Of a DNA stretch of 33,810 nt, positions 8,370-16,300 are shown piece after piece (positions within the stretch are counted from its first letter, which is position 1; each line of letters begins with the position of its first letter). The notes beneath the pieces were generated by a model, which saw only the letters and a program-made list of their open reading frames with translations, was not told the DNA's origin and ran no database searches. The stretch lies in sequence record SRR22947727_1835; one strand, written 5' to 3'. A program made the translations under genes and the position numbers.

Positions 8370-9270
8370 AGGTTTACTTGGTTTACAAGATTTACTACTT
8401 GATGCGAACGGCACAAGCCAGACTTTTCAGGTACCTACATCACAAGGTACTTTCAGAACTGTAAACGGTTTAAATGCTTCGATGTTGCCTTTGCTTGCGG
8501 CTACAAGAAATACTCAAGGTTACGGTGGTGTTTCTTTGTCTGCTACAGATATTGATTCTGCAATAGTTTCTATCTTAGGGCAATTGAACAGCATTCAAAA
8601 ATTTAACAATGCTGACGTTCTTTCGAATATCCTTGGCTATGGCTCACGTTCTATTATTTCTACAGGCGAAAGAAATAAGTTAAATCAGATTCAGGATATA
8701 GGTTCTGGCAAGATAATCACTGTTCAAGAAAGAGAGATTATCAACGGAATCAATTCTTTAACGAACGATCAGCTTGCAATAGTTAATCGTATCGCAGATA
8801 TCTTTCCTGTAGGCTCAGTTATCGGCTTTCCTTCTACAAATATTCCTCTGGGATTTTTTGAGTGTGACGGGCGTGTACTTGATCGAGCTATTTACTCAGA
8901 TCTTTTTGCAGCTTTGGGAAGTTCACCAATTTACGGAAATACTACAGCAAGTGATTTTTACCTTCCTGATTATAGAGGTCAATTTTTACGTGGTTGGGAT
9001 CATGGACGTGGTTTAGATCCAGATGCTGCTGGTCGTACAGATCGTGGCGATGGAGTTGGCGGGGATAATGTCGGTTCAATTCAAGACGATGAATTTAAAT
9101 CACATAATCACGGTGCCGATGTTCAGAATGCTTCTGATAACTTTGGCCCAGACTTTGACGGTAGTTCTGGCGGTACTTCTGAGGTTTTCTACACACAGAG
9201 CACAGGTGGTAGCGAAACAAGACCTAAGAATATAAACATTGCCTGGTGCATAAGGTATCAAGAGGCTTAA
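8359..9270 (+). CDS. Tail collar domain-containing short fibre
   Basis: PVGSVIGF..IPLGFFECDG..YSDLFAALG..FYLPDYRGQFLRGWD, GSIQDDEFKSHNH and GGSETRPKNI are classic phage tail-collar motifs. Confidence 0.88.
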   Translation: MYLKGLLGLQDLLLDANGTSQTFQVPTSQGTFRTVNGLNASMLPLLAATRNTQGYGGVSLSATDIDSAIVSILGQLNSIQKFNNADVLSNILGYGSRSIISTGERNKLNQIQDIGSGKIITVQEREIINGINSLTNDQLAIVNRIADIFPVGSVIGFPSTNIPLGFFECDGRVLDRAIYSDLFAALGSSPIYGNTTASDFYLPDYRGQFLRGWDHGRGLDPDAAGRTDRGDGVGGDNVGSIQDDEFKSHNHGADVQNASDNFGPDFDGSSGGTSEVFYTQSTGGSETRPKNINIAWCIRYQEA

Positions 9271-9276
9271 GCAATA

Positions 9277-10803
9277 ATGAGATCTAAGCAAATAGAGCTG
9301 ATTAACTTTTCTGGTGGTATTAACAATATTGTCGAGCCTCATTTAATTGAGTTGAATTACGCTCACGATCTTAGAAATGCACAGGTAAAGAATGGATCAA
9401 TAGAAAGTCTTTCTGGCATGGCTCCGGTTGATGCTGTTGACTCAGAAATAATTTACCAGGATGAAGGTAAGCGTTCTATTGTTAAGTGGGGTGGGGAATA
9501 TTTTTGGTCAGATAACGAAACCGGTGATCTTGGAAGTAGCCAAGGTTACTTGGGTATAGAAGCACCGACAACTCAGATTGCAGCGGCAACGGGTGAAGCT
9601 GGTGCTAGATTTCGTGCCGGTAGTGTTTACAAGTACATTTATACTTTTAGAACTGCTGACGGTTTTCGCAGTGGTCCTTACTATTTTGAAGATTCTACAT
9701 GTGAGTATGAAAATGGCACAGATATAGGATCTGTTTTAATTACAGGTTTTGACGAGAATTACCCTGAACAAGTTGTTGCTTGGGAAATTTGGAGAACTCT
9801 TGCCGATGGTGAAGAGTATTACAAATCTGGTGAATTATCTATATGGGTTGACGACAAGACTTACGAAGACAAGACGATTGACGAGTTTATTCTTTACAAC
9901 GAAAAAATTGATTTGGTCAATGCGGATACTTTGCCGAAGGATGGGAAGTATTTATGCGAGAAAAATTCTGTCTTTTATTTAGCTTCTGAAGAACGCGTTT
10001 ATTTCTCAAGACAATCAAATCCGCATAGTTGGCCCGCGTTGCAGTTTGCAACATTCGATGATACTATTAATGGGATGATTGCAACCGAGACTTATGTAAT
10101 GGTATTCACAAGAAATAGAGCGTACTTACTTTACGGTGATACCGTTGCCGATATTGCAAAGCAAGAGATACCAGACTCACAAGGCGTAAGTAATTGGCGT
10201 ACAATTGGCAAGGTTCGAAATATGCCTGTCTGGGTTAGTAACGATGGTGTTTGTTCTTATCAGGCATATGACCAACGTTCTGGACGTAAGATTCACATTC
10301 TCTCTGAGGGTTTAATCGATATACCTTCAGATGCAAAAGCTGCTTGTGTCGCGAACGATGTTTATTATCTCTTTTACGAAAACGAAACGATAGCTTTTGA
10401 TTTCCGTCAAGGCATGAAAGTTTATAAGCTCGATTGGGCTGTAGACTGGGCATGGTATGACCGCGACAACGATAGACTTATAGGTGCTGTTGAATCTACG
10501 CATTTTGCATTAGGCAGCGGATCTAAGTTAGAGTTTACTTATGTTTCCCCTGAATTGACCATGGGAGATATGCAGAACCTTAAGCAATTAGCTAAAGTTC
10601 ATGTCGATGCCGATTGCGATTTAAATTTCACTTTCATTATAGATGGATCAGAAAAATGGTCCTTTACATCTTCCAAGAAATACCAAGACGAGAGACAACA
10701 TTTTTTAGCTCCTGGTTTAAACGGCAGAAGAATACAATTTCAAGTTAAAGGCACTGGGGAGTTAAGGGGTCTTAAGTTCGATTACATGATAAGGAGATCG
10801 TAA
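9277..10803 (+). CDS. Tail nozzle/stabilisation protein (P22 gp10/T7 gp12-like role)
   Basis: N-terminal NFSGGINN..P..I...A..LRNA, propeller-like VYFS..NPHSWP and VMVFTRNRAY, and C-terminal YVSPEL..G..NLK. Lies before the ejection genes. Confidence 0.68.
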   Translation: MRSKQIELINFSGGINNIVEPHLIELNYAHDLRNAQVKNGSIESLSGMAPVDAVDSEIIYQDEGKRSIVKWGGEYFWSDNETGDLGSSQGYLGIEAPTTQIAAATGEAGARFRAGSVYKYIYTFRTADGFRSGPYYFEDSTCEYENGTDIGSVLITGFDENYPEQVVAWEIWRTLADGEEYYKSGELSIWVDDKTYEDKTIDEFILYNEKIDLVNADTLPKDGKYLCEKNSVFYLASEERVYFSRQSNPHSWPALQFATFDDTINGMIATETYVMVFTRNRAYLLYGDTVADIAKQEIPDSQGVSNWRTIGKVRNMPVWVSNDGVCSYQAYDQRSGRKIHILSEGLIDIPSDAKAACVANDVYYLFYENETIAFDFRQGMKVYKLDWAVDWAWYDRDNDRLIGAVESTHFALGSGSKLEFTYVSPELTMGDMQNLKQLAKVHVDADCDLNFTFIIDGSEKWSFTSSKKYQDERQHFLAPGLNGRRIQFQVKGTGELRGLKFDYMIRRS

Positions 10804-11031
10804 ATGGATTTAGAATATCTAATTAGTTTAATAAAAACTGCTGGCCCACATATGGCCTTAGTTCTTTATTTTGTTTGGCAAGGACAACGAAGAGAAAGAA
10901 GACTTGAAGACCGTCAAAAGGTTTTGGAAGTTTACATTCTTGAAGAACTTACGGCAGTATCAAAAGGCTATACAGCACAACTAGAGCGCAATACTTCAGT
11001 ATTAGAAAGGGTGCTAACAAAAATAAATTAA
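10804..11031 (+). CDS. Small single-pass membrane protein, holin-like (BhlA/UviB-type architecture)
   Basis: 75 aa with an N-terminal hydrophobic segment (AGPHMALVLYFVW) then a charged coiled-coil tail. AAGGAG SD. Confidence 0.5.
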   Translation: MDLEYLISLIKTAGPHMALVLYFVWQGQRRERRLEDRQKVLEVYILEELTAVSKGYTAQLERNTSVLERVLTKIN

Positions 11032-11042
11032 GGAGGTGCATT

Positions 11043-11627
11043 ATGGGTTTATTCGGAAGTTCAAAAACAGAAGTACAAGAGACTGCACTTTCAAAAAAGC
11101 AGAAAGAAATACTAGATAGTAGAGAGAGTTTTTACCAACAGTTCACACAGCCTGAGTTAAAGGATTTTTTTAACCAGACTAAGGAATTTGGTTTAGATAA
11201 CAACTACTACAATTTTACGACTTCTGAGTTTGCCGAGAGTCAAGTTTCTGGTATTCGAGATGCCTTCTCTTCTCAACGTGATCAGCTTAGTAATTCTCTG
11301 GCACAAAGAGGAATGGCAGGATCAGGTATAGAGGCTCAATCTCTTGCCATGTTGGGTGCTGCTGAAGGTAAAGCTGTGGGAAACACAGTCAATCAAGCAA
11401 GACTTCAATCAATCCTTAATGCAAATCAGAACGTAGATCGTAGAAATCAAAATGCTTTATCGACTCAAAACGTAAAGCAGGGCGGTATTAGTTCGCTTCT
11501 TAATATGGCGCCAAGACCTACGACTGCTGCACCAGTATTTCAAAAACAAACTGGTGGCGGTGGTTTAGGTGGAATAGGTTCTCTACTTGGTGGAATAGGT
11601 GGCCTTGCTACAGGGCTTGGAGGTTAA
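11043..11627 (+). CDS. Probable ejection/pilot protein
   Basis: MGLFGSSK start, Gln/Asn-rich body, LAQRGMAGSG motif and Gly-rich hydrophobic C-terminus. AGGAGG SD. Lies after the nozzle. Confidence 0.6.
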   Translation: MGLFGSSKTEVQETALSKKQKEILDSRESFYQQFTQPELKDFFNQTKEFGLDNNYYNFTTSEFAESQVSGIRDAFSSQRDQLSNSLAQRGMAGSGIEAQSLAMLGAAEGKAVGNTVNQARLQSILNANQNVDRRNQNALSTQNVKQGGISSLLNMAPRPTTAAPVFQKQTGGGGLGGIGSLLGGIGGLATGLGG

Positions 11628-11629
11628 TA

Positions 11630-13381
11630 ATGGAAGGTTTAGCAAAGTTATTAGTTTCTACACTTGGCGGTGCTGCTGCGGGGTATGATGCTCCTAGTGC
11701 TGGTGCTGCTATTGGTAGTGGTATAAGTACAGGAATGGCGCTGAACGAGGTTTTTGAGGCTCCTGAAAGAAGGCGCAAGCAAGAGGAAAGGCAAGATAAG
11801 CTTTTTCAAATGCAGCAAGAGCGTCACAATATGTCTAAAGAAAACCATGCTGTTAGAATGGAAAATATTGATTATACCAAGCAGCAAAGAGGAGTGAATG
11901 ATTTTTCCCGGGGCGCAAAAGCTTTGATGGGTGCTTCCCAGAATGGCCGTTCTCGTTATCTTCAGAATTTTTTAGGGCAGACTAAAGAATATAATGCACT
12001 TGCTCAACAGAACGGAAATTACCCAGTTTCGCAAAAACGAATTGAGAGAATTGACAATATCTCTAAGTCTTCTGCTGCCTTGTCAAATATAGATATTGTT
12101 ATGTATGCCGGAGAGCAATACAACAATACAGATAATCCGGCAGTTAAGAAAGAAGCTGACTTTATGCTTAAAAGCCTTCAGGCTGAGACAGGTATTAAAT
12201 TTTCTGAGAACTCTACGGGCGATAAAGTTATAGAGGTGAACGGTCAGTTTTTGCCATTTTCACCAGAATCTATGCAGTATGTCAAAGAGTCTTTGCATAA
12301 AAAAATTCAGGAAGATTACAATTATCAAATTAACCTGGACCAAACAAGGCACGATGCACGATCTGGTGCAACAAAAGGAGTCTTGACGGAAACTTCTGAT
12401 TCAGCTTTGCCTTTCGATCAAAAGAGAGCGATTGCCGAAGCTTACAAAGAAAAGATTGGCTCTGATCCAAGATTGGCAAAAGCTCAAGGTTTGACGCATA
12501 CGATGCATCGAATCAACAAAGAGAAAGAAGATCCTGAATTACTTGAGATTGAGTTACAAAAGTTAGTCGGACTTTTTAAAGAAGGTGATATTTCTTTCAA
12601 GCAAGATGCTGACGACATGTTAGTTCATGAGAAAGATTTAAACGATTATCTTAATCGTGGTTTGCCGCCTCACATGAGAATAGATTATTTTCAGGGCGAT
12701 TCTTTTCGAAAAATTGACAACGGTTTAATTAGTACAATTCGCGACAAGTCTGGTATTTCAGGTATTCGCCAACAGTACATCGACAATATAAATCAGGGCG
12801 GGGAACTTCACTTAAAGCAGCGTGAACAGGAAATGCAAAAGCTTATTGCAGACAGCGATTTCAAGGCTGATCTAAAGACTAAGCAAGAAATTAGATCTTC
12901 TGAAAGAAAGAATGATGTTGTTATGAATAAGTTGAGAAAAGGTTCTTTTGGAAAATATAAATTTGAAGAGATAGCAAATACTCTTCCTGAATTATCCGAT
13001 GGTACATTCCCTGTAGTAGCACAAATTGAATCCATGTATGAAAATTATGTGAATGAAAAATCAAGTATAACTAAGCTCGAAAGAGAATGGTCTAAGGCTG
13101 GATACAGCGGGACTTATAAAGAAGCTATTAAAGATCCATCGTCAACTATCTTTGATTTAGCAAAAGAGCACAGAAAGGAATTTTCAAAAATATCTCCAAA
13201 GATAGAGGAGAAGGTTAAGCTTGGACTTCTTAGGGATTTTTTAACTAGACGAGATGTTTATGATAAGAAACTTAAAGCTTTAAGTGCCAAGCCTACAACT
13301 CAAAAGAAAGACTTAAGAAGCATAACAGAGAAGAATAAATCTACAGTTTTAGATATAACTAAAAAAGCTAGGGAAAACTAA
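11630..13381 (+). CDS. Probable internal virion/ejection protein
   Basis: Gly/Ala-rich N-terminal segment then a long charged helical sequence. Middle gene of a small-medium-large triad. Confidence 0.55.
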   Translation: MEGLAKLLVSTLGGAAAGYDAPSAGAAIGSGISTGMALNEVFEAPERRRKQEERQDKLFQMQQERHNMSKENHAVRMENIDYTKQQRGVNDFSRGAKALMGASQNGRSRYLQNFLGQTKEYNALAQQNGNYPVSQKRIERIDNISKSSAALSNIDIVMYAGEQYNNTDNPAVKKEADFMLKSLQAETGIKFSENSTGDKVIEVNGQFLPFSPESMQYVKESLHKKIQEDYNYQINLDQTRHDARSGATKGVLTETSDSALPFDQKRAIAEAYKEKIGSDPRLAKAQGLTHTMHRINKEKEDPELLEIELQKLVGLFKEGDISFKQDADDMLVHEKDLNDYLNRGLPPHMRIDYFQGDSFRKIDNGLISTIRDKSGISGIRQQYIDNINQGGELHLKQREQEMQKLIADSDFKADLKTKQEIRSSERKNDVVMNKLRKGSFGKYKFEEIANTLPELSDGTFPVVAQIESMYENYVNEKSSITKLEREWSKAGYSGTYKEAIKDPSSTIFDLAKEHRKEFSKISPKIEEKVKLGLLRDFLTRRDVYDKKLKALSAKPTTQKKDLRSITEKNKSTVLDITKKAREN

Positions 13382-16300
13382 TGGAAGGTTTCCCTACTTT
13401 AGACGAGCTTACAGAGCATGAGAGTTTTCAAAGTCTTCCTGCAAATAGGCAAGCTGTAGCCTTAATGGATTACAAGGATAGAGCTTTTCGGCACATGGTC
13501 AGTAATAATCTTATATCTGGCAATGAGCAAGAATTGCAGGAAGCACATAGTTTTCTTGATAAGACAGTAAGATCCTACATGCCTTCAGGTAATTCTTTTT
13601 CTGCTCTTGGTGGCGCTATTTCGGTTAATCCCGGACAAGAGATTGTTTCTGAATTTGCAGGCATGGCAGGAACACAGCAAGAAGTCAGCACCAAAAGAGG
13701 TGTTCGGGATGCTATGCGTAGAGCACAGATGGCACAAGCTCAATTTAGTAGCGATGATCCTTATTCATATGGACCGAAGAATACTGGCATAAATGAGAAT
13801 GCCTTAGACGCATTTGCAAAAGAAAAAAGTGCTAAGTTCGAAGAAATTCGCCAAGGTGCCGAAGCAGTTATTTCAGAAGATAAAGACCGTATTGGTAATT
13901 ATTTGATTCAGCAAGAGTCTGGCGCTTTAAGTTTGTCTGGTCTTGGTTCTGCTGCAAATAGAATGGGAGCTGATTTGCTTGCTGCTACAGCTTCGAATGT
14001 TGTTGCTCCTGGTGTTGGTCCATTTGCTTACTATGCCAATGCCGGTATAGCACGAGGCGATAGGACTGAAAGAATTAGTCACCCTGAAAGAAGTGCAGAA
14101 GAAAGGCAAGTCAGAAGTGCTGCTGTTGGTATAGTTTCGGGTTCTGTTGATGCTGTTGGTTTTGGTTGGATGACGGGCACAAGCCGTATTGCTAAGGCTC
14201 AGAAAGTTCTTAACAATTCAATAGGCGGGAAGATTGCCGGTGCTGCAATAGCAGAAGGAACTACAGAATTTGTACAATCTTTGGTCGAGTCTGTAGGCCA
14301 TAATGCCGAAGCTTTTGATGATGTTGTTACAATTTTATCAGATCCAAAAGTTTTAAAGCAAGCTCTTGAAGAGGCTGCCATGGGTTCAATCCTTGGTGCT
14401 GGTGTTCGTGGTGGTGTAGAGGTTACGCCTAAAGCAGTAGAGTCAATTACTAAAACCGATACTTACAGAGATGCAGTCAACAAGCTTGAAGCTATCAAAG
14501 AAAATGTTTCGATTGACAGAAAAGGCAAAGAATCAATTTACGAATTAAGCAAGCGATTGAACGAAATGACTGCCGAAACAATTGCTGCGGATGAAGTGGC
14601 GACAAGTAAGCAGCTTGATAATGATTTTGCGCAAGAAAAAATTCAGGAAGTTGAAAGCCTTCAAACAGGTAAGTTTGAATCAGAAAATATTCAGAGTCCT
14701 GATGTTGCTGGAATTTCCGAGAAAGATCTAGTCACTAGAAAAGAAGCGAAAGAGCAGGGCGGGGAATACATACCTTCCATGCGTGAAATGGCCGAAGAAA
14801 AAATTGGCAGAATCACAAGCGACCCGGCATTAATGAAGATTAACAATATTGATGATCAGGCATCTTTGGCAACTTATTTATTTCGATCAGGTTTATTTGA
14901 CGAGATTGAAGCTGAAATAAAAGCAGTCAGCGATGGTAATGCCGATTACGATGCAATTATTTCAAAGGCAATCAACAGGCAATTTAATAAACCAGAAGAA
15001 AGCTTTGCCATAGACAATGATGTTATTCAAGATCCTGAAACTGTAAGTCAAGAGACTACTCAAGCAGAGCAGCCAAAGGCACAGAAAGTCAAAGTCGATC
15101 AGCCAGTAGAGCCTACAAAGAAAGGGGCGGCTCCTAAAGAAAAGCCTATGTCTTTAAGAGATAGAGCTGAGTCACAAATCAGAGATGTTTTATCTAACGA
15201 TGAACTGGTTCGTGATTTTAGGATTGACGACCGCGATTCCCTTGTAGAATACTTATTTCTTTCTGACAAGTTCGATCAGATAACGGATGATTTAATCGAC
15301 AATACAAAAGATTCTAATGTTGATATCGAATTGATTATGAATAAGGCAATCAATCGACAGCTTAAGGAATTTGGCAAACGTAAAGAGTCTAAAGCTCAGA
15401 AAGATTTTGAAGATGTTTACGGGGATATAGAGAATGAGATTGATTACGATTCTACTAAGCCTGAGTTTGAGCCACACGCGGCACTTCTTGAAAGAGCAAA
15501 AGAAGAAAACAGAAGAGAGAAGCTTGAGCTAAGAAAGGCTAGAGCTAAGGCAAGAAAGAAGAAAAAAGAGATTGCCGGTAAAGATCCTGAGTTTAGAGGA
15601 AAGCTTGACGATACAGTAAGCAAAGTACGTCAGCTTATTCTTGGCAACGGTGGAATCAAAAGAGATTCATTTCACAAGGATTCCATACAAACAGATAAGG
15701 TTCAGAATTTCTCTGCTGTTTTTAATGCAGAAAGAGGCAAGGGTTTAAATCTTGATCAGCATATGGAAGTGCTCAAGCAAGAGGGTTTAATCTCGGATAA
15801 TACGACTCCTGAACAAGTTGTCGATATGCTTCAGGAAGACATCAAAGAGATAAATAAAAATCAAACTTCAAGACCTTCTTTAGAACTTCTTCAGGAGCAG
15901 AATAAGGATACAAAATTCAAGGTTGATGAATGGGAGCCAGACGCTTCTTTTTTTGCTGAGTCTGGATTACCTAGTGTAAGTTCTGATCAGGACTTTTTGC
16001 CCGGATCTGAATTAATTCCAAACAGAGACCCGATACCTGTGCCTTTCTCTGTAGATAACGACTCTTCAGAAAGAAAAAGAACAACAAGGAAGATAAGGGA
16101 TATTATTAAGGTCGTACAAGATGAGCTTGGTATACCTGTTCGAAAAGGGAAGTTTAGTGGTGGGCGTAAAACTTTAGGAATATATAAGCCTAGAGCAAAG
16201 GTTATTAGAACTCGTATTGCCGAAGATCTTCAAGTTATAGCTCATGAGGTTGGTCATAGTTTATCTGATAGGCTTGGAATAGCTACTAGTGAAGATTCAC

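Noticed and set aside
4204..9270. Diversity-generating retroelement or invertible fibre switch
   Set aside because: No reverse transcriptase, invertase, adenine-variant template/variable repeat pair or inverted fibre segments were seen.
11553..11624. GGTGGAATAGGT repeated twice
   Set aside because: Explained by the Gly-rich protein tail (LGGIG repeats).
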